Source: Candidatus Parcubacteria bacterium
GTDB taxonomy: Bacteria; Patescibacteriota; Microgenomatia; UBA12405
DNA: 64,000 nucleotides
Direction: 5' to 3'
NCBI GenBank assembly: GCA_023396915.1
Contig: JAEWUV010000007.1
Span: forward strand, 146,077 to 210,076
Positions 37,893-47,410 of this stretch are shown piece after piece. Under the pieces are notes generated by a model. The model made no database searches, was not told the DNA's origin, and saw only the letters and a program-made list of their open reading frames with translations. How positions within the stretch are numbered: position 1 is the stretch's first letter; each line of letters starts with the position of its first letter. Both the position numbers and the translations under genes were made by a program.

Positions 37893-39034
37893 TTGGAATT
37901 GACGGCAACGAGGCTAATATTTCTCAAAGGGTCGGAGTCGGGCAATATGCCCTTAAATTACTTTGGCATTTGTATAAATTAGATAAAAAAAATAAATATT
38001 TAATTTATTTAAAAGAAAAACCCTCAAAAGAACTACCTCCAACCACCGAAAACTGGCAGTATCGTGTTTTTGGCCCTAGCAAAATGTGGACCAGACTAGC
38101 CTTACCTTTCCACCTGTTCACAGACAAAATTCCACTTGATTTATTCTTTTCTCCCAGTCATTACTCACCAAAATTTTCTCCCTTTCCCACCATCCCCACT
38201 ATTCATGATATCGGTTATCTTCAATTCCAAGACCAATTTACTAAAAAAGACCTCTACCAGCTAATCAATTGGACCAAAGAATCCATAAAAAAAGCCAGTC
38301 ATATTATTACTGTTTCCAAATTTTCCCAAAACGAAATTATCAAAACTTACAACGTTAACCCAAATAAAATAAGTATCGCTTATAACGGAGTAGAGGAACC
38401 ACCTAAAATAAATCCAAAAAACCAAGCTCAAATATTGTCTTCCTACAACCTCGTGTCTAAAAACTACTACCTATACTTAGGGACCTTAAAGCCTAATAAG
38501 AATATCCCATTTTTAATCAAAGGATATTCAAAATTCATTAAAAAATTCACTAATTCAACACCCTGCCCTGTCAAGGGAAGGGTTGGGGAAGGGTTTGGTC
38601 CTAAATTAGTTATTGCCGGCAAGAAAGGCTGGCTTTTTGATGAAATTTTTAAAACAGTCAAACAAGAAAAATTGGAGGATAAAGTTATTTTCACTGATTT
38701 TCTTGATAACTTACAAAAATGGACCTTATATCAAAACGCCATTGCTACAGTTTTACCCAGCACGTACGAAGGTTTTGGTATCCCAGCCATTGAATCTATG
38801 AAAACCGGTACACCAGTAATAGTTTCTGACATTCCGCCATTCAAAGAAGTGGTGGGGGATTGTGGCCTAATTATCGACCCCAACGATACTGCTGACTTAT
38901 GTCAAAAAATGATAAATATAAATAATCCTAATATTAGGCAAAAGTATTCACACCTAGGCAAAGTGCAAGCTGATAAATTCACTTGGAACTCTACCGCCAA
39001 ATCAGTCTTAAAAGTCTTTGAAAAATTCTGCTAA
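37886..39034 (+). CDS. GT4 glycosyltransferase (carries repeat copy 4 at its inter-domain linker)
   Basis: MLIGIDGNEANISQRVGVGQYAL...; KLVIAGKKG; TYEGFGIPAIESMKTGTPVIVSDIPPFKEV. Confidence 0.8.
   Translation: MLIGIDGNEANISQRVGVGQYALKLLWHLYKLDKKNKYLIYLKEKPSKELPPTTENWQYRVFGPSKMWTRLALPFHLFTDKIPLDLFFSPSHYSPKFSPFPTIPTIHDIGYLQFQDQFTKKDLYQLINWTKESIKKASHIITVSKFSQNEIIKTYNVNPNKISIAYNGVEEPPKINPKNQAQILSSYNLVSKNYYLYLGTLKPNKNIPFLIKGYSKFIKKFTNSTPCPVKGRVGEGFGPKLVIAGKKGWLFDEIFKTVKQEKLEDKVIFTDFLDNLQKWTLYQNAIATVLPSTYEGFGIPAIESMKTGTPVIVSDIPPFKEVVGDCGLIIDPNDTADLCQKMININNPNIRQKYSHLGKVQADKFTWNSTAKSVLKVFEKFC
38560..38596 (+). repeat. 37-bp GC-rich element copy 4 (translated TPCPVKGRVGEGF; first base A instead of G)
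   Basis: ACCCTGCCCTGTCAAGGGAAGGGTTGGGGAAGGGTTT. Confidence 0.9.
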
Positions 39035-39043
39035 ACTACTCTT

Positions 39044-39637
39044 ATGCAAGACCGTAACGGTAAAGAATTGTCTCCTAACCAAGTTACTTCCAAAATTTTT
39101 ACTCGTATCAAAACTATTTTTTTAGAATTTTGGTTAATGGTTTTACGTTTTATCGGTTTTATTCCCTTGCATTTTGTCCGTAAATTCTTTTATCTTCTTT
39201 CCGGTGTCAAATTAAAACTGGACTCTACTGTCCATATTGGTGCTAACTTTTTTAATCCTTCAAACGTTTCTATTGGTCACGATACTATTGTTGGCGATCA
39301 CTGTTTTTTAGACGGCCGCGCCCCTTTAAAAATTGGCAATCATGTTGGCATCGCCAGTCAAGTTTTAATTTACAACGACGAACACGACATTAATTCCCCA
39401 ACTTACGGCAATTCTTTTGGACCAGTTGAAATAGGAGATTATGTTTTTATCGGACCCAGAGCTATTATTTTACCCAATATCAAAATCGGTAAAGGTGCTG
39501 TTGTCGCCGCCGGTGCTGTGGTCACCAAAGATATCCCTGAAAACGAAATTTGGGGCGGAATTCCTGCAAAAAAAATTAGTGATCGTAAAATTGACAAACC
39601 CAATTACAAACTCGGCCGCCCCATGCTTTTCCAATAA
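39044..39637 (+). CDS. hexapeptide-repeat acetyltransferase
   Basis: IGDYVFIGPRAIILPNIKIGKGAVVAAGAVVTKDIPENEIWGGIPAK. Confidence 0.75.
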   Translation: MQDRNGKELSPNQVTSKIFTRIKTIFLEFWLMVLRFIGFIPLHFVRKFFYLLSGVKLKLDSTVHIGANFFNPSNVSIGHDTIVGDHCFLDGRAPLKIGNHVGIASQVLIYNDEHDINSPTYGNSFGPVEIGDYVFIGPRAIILPNIKIGKGAVVAAGAVVTKDIPENEIWGGIPAKKISDRKIDKPNYKLGRPMLFQ

Positions 39638-40176
39638 TGCTCAAAAAAATTTTAGTATCAATTTTAGTAATTTTTAATCTCCTAGCTGTTTTCTATTTAA
39701 TTTCGCCCACGCCCATTCTTCCTGATCTTCCCAATAGTGCTAAATCTGATTTACCCGGAGATACCACTCAAATTAGTAATGTATCTGCCTATTTTACCAA
39801 CATGACCCGTACCGAAGTTATCAATTTTTACAAAGCCTACTACAGTGGTCTGTTTCGAATTAATTTAAATCACCCACCGGAACGAGCCAAAGATATTATT
39901 GTCGACACCATTCAAAGTTATTATTTGGAAGAATTCGTCCTCCCCTTCAAAGAATCGCTCTACATTAATGGCTTTGAATGGGAAAATGATGTTTTTACTA
40001 AAGTCGAAAACCGCAGTAAAAATAAACTTATCTATAACGATATAGAATACAAAGCCAAAATTACTTTACGCCGTTTCCCTGTTTCCATTCCCTCCCGCCT
40101 TATTGCTTTTTTCTCTGTTGAAACCGGAATTATTGTCGTCTTTTTGGTTTTTAAAACTTTTCTTCGCAAAAAATGA
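39637..40176 (+). CDS. hypothetical membrane protein (N- and C-terminal TM)
   Basis: 179-aa ORF overlapping its neighbours by 1-4 nt. Confidence 0.4.
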   Translation: MLKKILVSILVIFNLLAVFYLISPTPILPDLPNSAKSDLPGDTTQISNVSAYFTNMTRTEVINFYKAYYSGLFRINLNHPPERAKDIIVDTIQSYYLEEFVLPFKESLYINGFEWENDVFTKVENRSKNKLIYNDIEYKAKITLRRFPVSIPSRLIAFFSVETGIIVVFLVFKTFLRKK

Positions 40177-41099
40177 ACCCGATAATTTCTATTATTATAG
40201 TCTCTTACAACACTGCCGATATTACTATTGATTGTCTTCGTTCAATTTTTGCTGACAAAGGTCTAAAACAAACCCCTTTTGAAATTATCATTGTTGATAA
40301 CAATTCTCATGATGATAGTGTTACCAAAATCAAACAATTTAAAAACAAATTAAAAAACAAAAACGGCACTTTAACTTTGATTACCAACAAAGACAACCGT
40401 GGCTTTGGGGGAGCCAACAACCAAGGTCTAAAAATCGCCAAAGGTAATTATATTTTATTTTTAAACTCAGACACTATTATTCTTCATTCGGCTATCAGCC
40501 AAAGTCTGGACTGGCTTTCATCCCACCCAGAAGCCTCTACTTGTACCGCCCAACTTCTGAACAAAGATAAAACTATCCAAGCTTCCGGCGGTTTTTTCCC
40601 TAATCTTGCCAACATGTTTACCTGGTGTCTTAGCCTTGATGATCTACCCTTAGTCAACAAAATTATTAAACCTATTCATCCTCACACTCCCCAATTTTAT
40701 ACCAAAGATAAATTTTATACCAAAGATCACCAACAACATTGGGTTACCGGCGCTTTTTTACTTACCCGCAAACCTATTTTAGACAAAGTTCATGGTTTTG
40801 ATGAAAATTATTTTATGTATGGTGAAGAGTTGGAACTATCTTATCGGATTTATCAAAACACCAAGCAAAACCAGGTCTGGTATCTGGTCGGACCTCAAAT
40901 AATTCATCTTGGCGGCGCCTCAGCTGTTAATCGCATGGATCCTATCTTAAACGAGTATCGGGGTTTTATTTCCTTCTTTAAAAAACATCGCCCCTCTTGG
41001 CAACTACCCATAATTCGTTTATTGCTAAAATTAAATGCCTTTATCCGATTTATAATTAGACGTTCACCCATGTATTTGGAAATATGTTCAAAAATATAA
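40173..41099 (+). CDS. family 2 glycosyltransferase
   Basis: ISIIIVSYNTADITIDCLRSI...IIVDNNSHDDS. Confidence 0.75.
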   Translation: MNPIISIIIVSYNTADITIDCLRSIFADKGLKQTPFEIIIVDNNSHDDSVTKIKQFKNKLKNKNGTLTLITNKDNRGFGGANNQGLKIAKGNYILFLNSDTIILHSAISQSLDWLSSHPEASTCTAQLLNKDKTIQASGGFFPNLANMFTWCLSLDDLPLVNKIIKPIHPHTPQFYTKDKFYTKDHQQHWVTGAFLLTRKPILDKVHGFDENYFMYGEELELSYRIYQNTKQNQVWYLVGPQIIHLGGASAVNRMDPILNEYRGFISFFKKHRPSWQLPIIRLLLKLNAFIRFIIRRSPMYLEICSKI

Positions 41100-42511
41100 A
41101 AATAAATATATTCCGTTCACTTCTGGCTATAATTCTTATTTTTATTCCGCTGTACCCTAAATTTCCCTTACTAAGTATCAAGGGCACATACGTAGCCGTC
41201 CGCCTTGACGACATTGTTATTGCCGCTGCTGCCTTAATTTGGCTTGTCTATCAGATTAAAAATAAATTTCCCGTTTTTAAACTAAAAATTACCAGACTAT
41301 TTTTAGTCTATTTTATGGCCATTTTAGTTAGTTTTCTTAATGCTTTTTTAGTCTACCAAACTGAACCAACTAACATTCTTTTACTCCATGTTTTTCGTCG
41401 TTTCGAATATATTTCTGTCTTCTTTATTGCTATAAACGCCATTAAAAACCAAAAAGATTTCAAATTTACTTACATCTTTTTTCTTTTATCTACTGCTTTG
41501 GTGACTTTCTACGGTTTTGGCCAAAAATACCTCAAATTCCCGGTAATTTCCACCATGAATGAGGAGTTTTCCAAAGGTCAACTTATTCAGATGAATATCT
41601 GGACCCGAATTAGTTCCACTTTTGCCGGACATTACGACTTGGCCGCTTTTCTTAGTGTAGCTCTTATCATAATTCTAGGTGCCGCCCTGATTACCAAAAA
41701 TAGAATTATTAAAATTACTAGTTTTATAGTTTGGATTCCTGCTTACTATATCCTCACTCTCACTGCCTCACGGGTTTCTACTTTTGCTTTTTTAGGCGGA
41801 ATCATTATCACCCTTACATTGCTTAAAAAATATTGGTGGATAGTTCCAGTTACAATTTTAGTTATTTTTAGTATTTTTAATTCAGAAGATCTCAATCAAC
41901 GTCTGTTAGCCACTATCCCTGCTCTTAAAAATCAATTTACTTCAAACCAAACAACTGAAAACACCCCAACACCAACAGCAACCCTTATTCCTACTCAAAC
42001 TACAACAACTCCCGTAGCCAAGCCAACTAAAACTAATCTCAGCCCTACCCCCACAATTTATCGCCACCCGGTCGAAGAATATCCCGTCGCTGACGCCGAC
42101 GTCGGTGTTGCCAGATCCGGAGAGATCCGCTTCAACGCCGAATGGCCCCGAGCTATCAATGCTTGGCGTAAAAACATCTTTGTCGGCAGTGGTCTTGGAT
42201 CAATCACCTTAGCCACCGATAATGACTACTTACGCTGCTTAGGTGAAAGTGGACTGCTAGGGTTAATAACCTTTAGTGCCATTTTCATCTTTTTTATAGC
42301 AAAAACTTTACCTCTACTTTTTAAAAAATCATCTAACATCTATCATCTAACATCTATCATCTTTCTCGGTGGTTTATTAGCCACACTGGCTAATGCCGTT
42401 TTTATTGATGTTTTTGAAGCCTCAAAAACAGCTTATCTTTTTTGGATTATGATGGGACTTTATTACCAATCGTTAACTATTAAACAAGAAAATGAAAAAT
42501 CGCAAACGTAA
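41084..42511 (+). CDS. O-antigen ligase/polymerase-like (Wzy_C family) membrane protein with Thr/Pro-rich loop
   Basis: 475 aa, ~10 TM, large loop with TTENTPTPTATLIPTQTTTTPVAKPTKTNLSPTPT. Confidence 0.5.
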   Translation: MFKNIKINIFRSLLAIILIFIPLYPKFPLLSIKGTYVAVRLDDIVIAAAALIWLVYQIKNKFPVFKLKITRLFLVYFMAILVSFLNAFLVYQTEPTNILLLHVFRRFEYISVFFIAINAIKNQKDFKFTYIFFLLSTALVTFYGFGQKYLKFPVISTMNEEFSKGQLIQMNIWTRISSTFAGHYDLAAFLSVALIIILGAALITKNRIIKITSFIVWIPAYYILTLTASRVSTFAFLGGIIITLTLLKKYWWIVPVTILVIFSIFNSEDLNQRLLATIPALKNQFTSNQTTENTPTPTATLIPTQTTTTPVAKPTKTNLSPTPTIYRHPVEEYPVADADVGVARSGEIRFNAEWPRAINAWRKNIFVGSGLGSITLATDNDYLRCLGESGLLGLITFSAIFIFFIAKTLPLLFKKSSNIYHLTSIIFLGGLLATLANAVFIDVFEASKTAYLFWIMMGLYYQSLTIKQENEKSQT

Positions 42512-43706
42512 AATTTTAATGATAACTCCCTACATTCCACGTCTTTCTCAATCAGGCGGACAAAACAGTTCTTTTTACTCTATAAAATATTTATCACCCA
42601 AAAACGATATTACCCTAATTTGCCTTAGTCCTGACGAAGAAGGTCTTAACGACGTCAAACAATATTGCTCAAAAGTTGTTGTAGTTAAACGAGGTAAAAC
42701 TTGGGATCCCAAAAAAGTTTTTCTTACTGGGCTCTCTCCTTATCCATTTTTGGTTATGAAACATATCAATAAAAATTTTCGTTTAGCTATCAAAAATGAA
42801 CTGGACCATAACAAATTTGACCTAATTCATTGTGATTGTTTTTATCCTATGCCCAATATTCCCAAAACCAAAGTCCCCATCGTTTTAGTTGATTTAACTG
42901 TCGAATATAATGTTTATAAACATTACGTTGAAACCGTTACCGGTTGGAAAAAACTTTTTAAACCCATCCTTTGGCTTGATGTCCTTAAACTTAAATATTG
43001 GGAAACTTATTATTGGAAAAACACCCATACTGTCGTTGCCTTTGCTCACGAAGACCAACAATTAATCAGTAAAATTACCGGTAGAACTGATATCCAGCTC
43101 TTTCAAAACGGAGTCGACAATAAATTTTTTGAATCTACTCCAAAAACTCCAAGAAGCAGTTTTCCGTCTATTCTTTTTGGTATTTCCAATATGAAATGGA
43201 TGCAAAACAGAGAATCTGTCGAAATGATTATGAAAGATTCCTGGCCAGAAATAAAAAAAACCATACCTAACGCCAAACTTTATATCATTGGTCGTCATGC
43301 TCCCGATTACTACAACCACTACAGATCTCCTGATGTAATCATTGAAGAGGCTGATTTTGACGGGGAAAGCCATGATCCTATGTACTACTACCAGTATTGT
43401 TGGATATTATTAGCTCCCATGGGCAGTGGGGGAGGCACCCGCAATAAATTTCTCGAGGCCATGGCCTGTCAACTTCCTATTGTAACTACACCTGAAGGTA
43501 TGGGTGGAATAAAAATTAAAAATTATCAGGAATCTATTGTTTGCAACTATTCCGATGTCGGCAAAAATGCTATTAACCTACTTAAAGATAACCAAAAACG
43601 TAATGCCATGGGTAAAGCCGCTAACAAACTTATTGCTCAAAATTATTCCTATCAAAATAGTGTCGACGGTCTTAATAAAATTTACGACAAAATAACCAAT
43701 GAATAA
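42492..43706 (+). CDS. GT4 glycosyltransferase
   Basis: ILMITPYIPRLSQSGGQNSSFYSIKYL...; C-terminal GSGGGTRNKFLEAMACQLPIVTT. Confidence 0.7.
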   Translation: MKNRKRKILMITPYIPRLSQSGGQNSSFYSIKYLSPKNDITLICLSPDEEGLNDVKQYCSKVVVVKRGKTWDPKKVFLTGLSPYPFLVMKHINKNFRLAIKNELDHNKFDLIHCDCFYPMPNIPKTKVPIVLVDLTVEYNVYKHYVETVTGWKKLFKPILWLDVLKLKYWETYYWKNTHTVVAFAHEDQQLISKITGRTDIQLFQNGVDNKFFESTPKTPRSSFPSILFGISNMKWMQNRESVEMIMKDSWPEIKKTIPNAKLYIIGRHAPDYYNHYRSPDVIIEEADFDGESHDPMYYYQYCWILLAPMGSGGGTRNKFLEAMACQLPIVTTPEGMGGIKIKNYQESIVCNYSDVGKNAINLLKDNQKRNAMGKAANKLIAQNYSYQNSVDGLNKIYDKITNE

Positions 43707-44625
43707 TCCCAAAATTAAACTCTCAATTATTATTCTCAACTACAACTCCGGCGATTATCTTACCAAGTGTCTTCAAAGTATTGCCAAATCAAAACCGAAC
43801 CTTAATGATATCGAAACCATTATTGTCGACAATTCCTCTACCGACGAAAGTGCTAAATTAGCTCAAAAAGTAAAACTAAAAAATAGTAAATTCCTACTTT
43901 TGAAAACTAACAATGGTTTTGCCGCCGGTAATAATAAAGGAATAGAACAACTCAATCCAAATACGGAATACGTTTTATTTCTAAACCCTGATACTACCGT
44001 AGAACCTAATACTTTTAAAACTATGATTGAATTTTTTGATAAAAATCCAAGCGTCGACGCCGCCACTTGTTATATTAAATTAGCCGCTACCAATCAAATG
44101 CAGCCAGAATGCCACCGTGGCTTTCCAACCCCCTGGAATTCTTTTTGTTATTTTTCCGGTATCTCTAAAATATTTCCAAAATCCGCCATATTCAATGGTT
44201 ATTTTCAAGGTAACTTAGATATCACCAAAGTCCATCAAATCGAAGCTTGTGTCGGTGCCTTCTTAATGGTTAAAAAAACTGTTGGACAAAAAATAAAATG
44301 GTGGAACGAAAAGTATTTCTTTTACGGCGAGGATTTAGATTTTTGTTATCAACTTAAACAAAACGGCTTTAAATTATTTTTTAATCCAAATTGTAAAATT
44401 ACCCATTTTCAGGGAATTTCTTCCGGACTTAAAAAAGCTACCAGCAAATTAACCAAAGCCAATCGTCAAACCAAAGTTAAAGTCGCCAAAGCCAGTACCA
44501 ACGCCATGAGAATCTTTTATCGTGAGAATTTATTTAAAAAATATTCACCTCCAACCCGTATTTTAGTTCTTTTTGGGATAAAACTTTTAGAATGGAAACG
44601 TATCCTCAAAGCCAAATTTTTATAA
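43699..44625 (+). CDS. family 2 glycosyltransferase
   Basis: LSIIILNYNSGDYLTKCLQSI...IIVDNSSTDES. Confidence 0.75.
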   Translation: MNNPKIKLSIIILNYNSGDYLTKCLQSIAKSKPNLNDIETIIVDNSSTDESAKLAQKVKLKNSKFLLLKTNNGFAAGNNKGIEQLNPNTEYVLFLNPDTTVEPNTFKTMIEFFDKNPSVDAATCYIKLAATNQMQPECHRGFPTPWNSFCYFSGISKIFPKSAIFNGYFQGNLDITKVHQIEACVGAFLMVKKTVGQKIKWWNEKYFFYGEDLDFCYQLKQNGFKLFFNPNCKITHFQGISSGLKKATSKLTKANRQTKVKVAKASTNAMRIFYRENLFKKYSPPTRILVLFGIKLLEWKRILKAKFL

Positions 44626-44885
44626 TAAATTATGTTTGAAGCTAAAATAATAGCCATTTTTGACAAATACACACCAACCCCCCGTTTTTTCATTCAAAAT
44701 CCTGAAAAAAACCAACCTCAAGAAGTCAAAACATCACCTGGTTTCACCCCTGAATTTCAATCGATGGTTCAAGTTGAACAAAGAAACGAAAAAGACAAAT
44801 CTCTTCCTGAAATTTTACCAAGACAAAAAACTGATACGTAACCTCTAAAAACTAAAAATTTTTAATATGTGATAAAATCGACCAA

Positions 44886-45185
44886 ATGCCGGCAGAGCAC
44901 CAATCAGAAACAAAAAACGCCACTAGACCAATTCTACAAGGTTTTGTTGCACCAGTAATAGGTGCCAAAATAATCGAAGTTTATACCAAAAATCCAGAAA
45001 CAGGGGATGTTGTAACATGTCCAACCCCTATTGAATTTAATATCCCAGGTCTATCAGACTGCTTTATTTTAGTCACACCAGAGGCAGGGAAATCTTGTAA
45101 AACCACCCCTTATAACACCAGATCAAGAATAAAACAAAATTCTTTACCTACACCTTCCAATATCTTTCAATCTCTTCTAAAATAG
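44886..45185 (+). CDS. hypothetical protein (99 aa); coding status uncertain
   Basis: ORF in a 350-bp gap with locally higher GC. No recognisable motif. Confidence 0.2.
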   Translation: MPAEHQSETKNATRPILQGFVAPVIGAKIIEVYTKNPETGDVVTCPTPIEFNIPGLSDCFILVTPEAGKSCKTTPYNTRSRIKQNSLPTPSNIFQSLLK

Positions 45186-45189
45186 GGCA

Positions 45190-46314
45190 GTGGTAAACAA
45201 AAAGTCACATATAGTAATTGACGCCCGACTCTATGGCCCCAAACACACCGGTATTGGCCGCTACACCAAAAATCTTTTGGTTGCTTTATCAAAATTACCT
45301 GACTTCAAAAATTATTCTTTTACTTTAATTATTTATCCGAAATTAGAATTAGAAATCAAAAAAGATTTAGGCAATAATTTTAATTATGTCACCACCAATA
45401 TTCGTCATTACTCTCTGAATGAACAACTATTCTTACCGTTTCTAATTTATCGTCTTCACCCAACTTTAGTTCACTTCACTCATTTTAATAAACCAATTTT
45501 TTATTTTGGCAAATCTATCGTTACTATCCACGACCTCATCAAACATTTTTTCAAAGGCCGTTTAACCACCACCAAAAACATTTCTCTTTACTGGCTAAAA
45601 CATCTATTCTATTTAATTTTAACCAATATTACCATTAAAAATAACACCATTTTAGTCCCCAGTAACTATTGGCGTGATTATATTATTAAAAAATTCCATA
45701 TATCACCCGACAAAATTACCACTACCCACGAAGCTGTCGATCCAACATTTTTAGAAAAACTAACCAAAAATCCAAAACCAACTAAACCATCAAACTATGT
45801 TATTTACACCGGTAACTTATACCCCCACAAAAACATCGAGATTATTCTCAAAGCTCTTACAAAAATGCCTGACTTGAAGTTAAAGATTATCTGCGCCCGT
45901 AGTTTTTTTACCCAAAGAATTGAACAGTTAATTAAACAATACAAAATTAATAAACAAGTCGAATTTTTAGGTTATTTACCTGATGCTAAATTTAAACAAA
46001 TTTACTCTCAAGCACTAGCCTTAGTCCATCCATCATTAATGGAAGGATTCAGTCTCACCGGACTTGAAGCCATGAGTTTAGGTTGTCCGGTAATTTCTTC
46101 AAATAGCAGTTGCCTTCCCGAAATTTATCAAAAATCTGTTCTTTATTTTGACCCAAAAAATTCAGACGACCTGATAAGTCAAATCAAAAAACTTCAAAAT
46201 AATCCCAAATTAAGAGAAAAATTCATAAAACTCGGTTACCAACAAGTCCAAAAATACTCTTGGACCAAAACTGCCACCCAAACCCTCAATGTCTATCAAA
46301 AAAACATCACTTAA
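45190..46314 (+). CDS. GT4 glycosyltransferase
   Basis: HIVIDARLYGPKHTGIGRYT...; C-terminal PSLMEGFSLTGLEAMSLGCPVISSNSSCLPEI. Confidence 0.8.
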   Translation: MVNKKSHIVIDARLYGPKHTGIGRYTKNLLVALSKLPDFKNYSFTLIIYPKLELEIKKDLGNNFNYVTTNIRHYSLNEQLFLPFLIYRLHPTLVHFTHFNKPIFYFGKSIVTIHDLIKHFFKGRLTTTKNISLYWLKHLFYLILTNITIKNNTILVPSNYWRDYIIKKFHISPDKITTTHEAVDPTFLEKLTKNPKPTKPSNYVIYTGNLYPHKNIEIILKALTKMPDLKLKIICARSFFTQRIEQLIKQYKINKQVEFLGYLPDAKFKQIYSQALALVHPSLMEGFSLTGLEAMSLGCPVISSNSSCLPEIYQKSVLYFDPKNSDDLISQIKKLQNNPKLREKFIKLGYQQVQKYSWTKTATQTLNVYQKNIT

Positions 46315-47410
46315 AAATCTTAAAATAGCTATCTTTTACGACTGGCTTAACCAATGGGGTGGTGCTGAAAAAGTTTTACTCGATATTTTTTCTGTTTTTC
46401 CACAAGCAGACCTTTATACCTTAATTTATGACCCAAAAAAAACCAACTGGCTACCAAAAAACATTAAAGTCTACTCTTCAATCCTTAATAAATTTTCTCT
46501 ATATAAAAAAAATAATATTTTTCACACTCCATTTTATGGCTTATGTTTAGAACAATTCGATTTTTCTCAATACGATATTGTTATCTCTACCACCCAAGTC
46601 AGCGGACAGTGTCTCTTGACTCCACCCAAAACCCTTTATATTTGCTATATGCACAACATTAATCGATATGTTTATCAAACACCAAAACAATTTAAAATTT
46701 TGACTCCTTTGCTTAAACATTATCAAAAAACTGATTTTATTTATGGACAGCGACCTGATCAACTTATATGCAATTCTAAAACAGTCCAAGACAGAATCAG
46801 AAATAATTACCACCGTCAAGCCAAAATTATTTATCCCGGAATCGATACTTCATTTTTTATTCCCAATAAAAATCAATCTGTTAATCCATATTTTTTAGTT
46901 GTATCTCGTTTAGTCCGTCATAAAAAAATCGATTTGGCTATTCGAGCCTGCCAAGAGCTTAATCAAAAACTAATTATTGTCGGAGACGGCAGAGATTATC
47001 CTTATTTTTTTAAGATAAGAAATAAAGTTCCTAATTCTAAAATAATTTTTATGAGACACGTCTCAATAAAAAAACTTTTAACCCTTTACCAAAATTGTCA
47101 GGCCTTAATCTGTCCCCAAATAGAAGATTTTGGGTTAAGCCCGTTAGAAGCCCAAGCTTGTGGCAAACCGGTTATTGCTTTTCATCAAGGAGGGCTTACT
47201 GAAACAGTAATAGACGGAAAAACCGGTATATTCTTTAATTACCAAACAGTCAAATCTCTTAAAAAAGCTATTAAAAAATTTAACTCTATTTTGTTCAACC
47301 CTAAAACGTGTATTGACAATGCCGTTAGATTCTCCCGTCAAAATTTCATGTTAAACTTTAAAAAGACTATTGAAAAATTATGGCACCAACATCAAATCAC
47401 TATATCGTAA
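46289..47410 (+). CDS. GT4 glycosyltransferase
   Basis: LKIAIFYDWLNQWGGAEKV...; C-terminal EDFGLSPLEAQACGKPVIAFHQGGLTETV. Confidence 0.8.
   Translation: MSIKKTSLKNLKIAIFYDWLNQWGGAEKVLLDIFSVFPQADLYTLIYDPKKTNWLPKNIKVYSSILNKFSLYKKNNIFHTPFYGLCLEQFDFSQYDIVISTTQVSGQCLLTPPKTLYICYMHNINRYVYQTPKQFKILTPLLKHYQKTDFIYGQRPDQLICNSKTVQDRIRNNYHRQAKIIYPGIDTSFFIPNKNQSVNPYFLVVSRLVRHKKIDLAIRACQELNQKLIIVGDGRDYPYFFKIRNKVPNSKIIFMRHVSIKKLLTLYQNCQALICPQIEDFGLSPLEAQACGKPVIAFHQGGLTETVIDGKTGIFFNYQTVKSLKKAIKKFNSILFNPKTCIDNAVRFSRQNFMLNFKKTIEKLWHQHQITIS

Noticed and set aside
31912-38596. Whether the four GC-rich repeats could be a CRISPR array or degenerate CRISPR
   Set aside because: Only 4 copies, spaced 2.8, 1.0 and 2.8 kb apart. 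Each lies inside a conserved protein-coding gene and is translated in-frame. There are no cas genes. The spacing and context are incompatible with CRISPR.
44886-45185. Possible structured RNA gene in the 44.84-45.19 kb gap (locally higher GC)
   Set aside because: No recognisable conserved RNA motifs (RNase P, SRP, tmRNA, 6S) could be seen by eye. It is retained only as a low-confidence hypothetical ORF.
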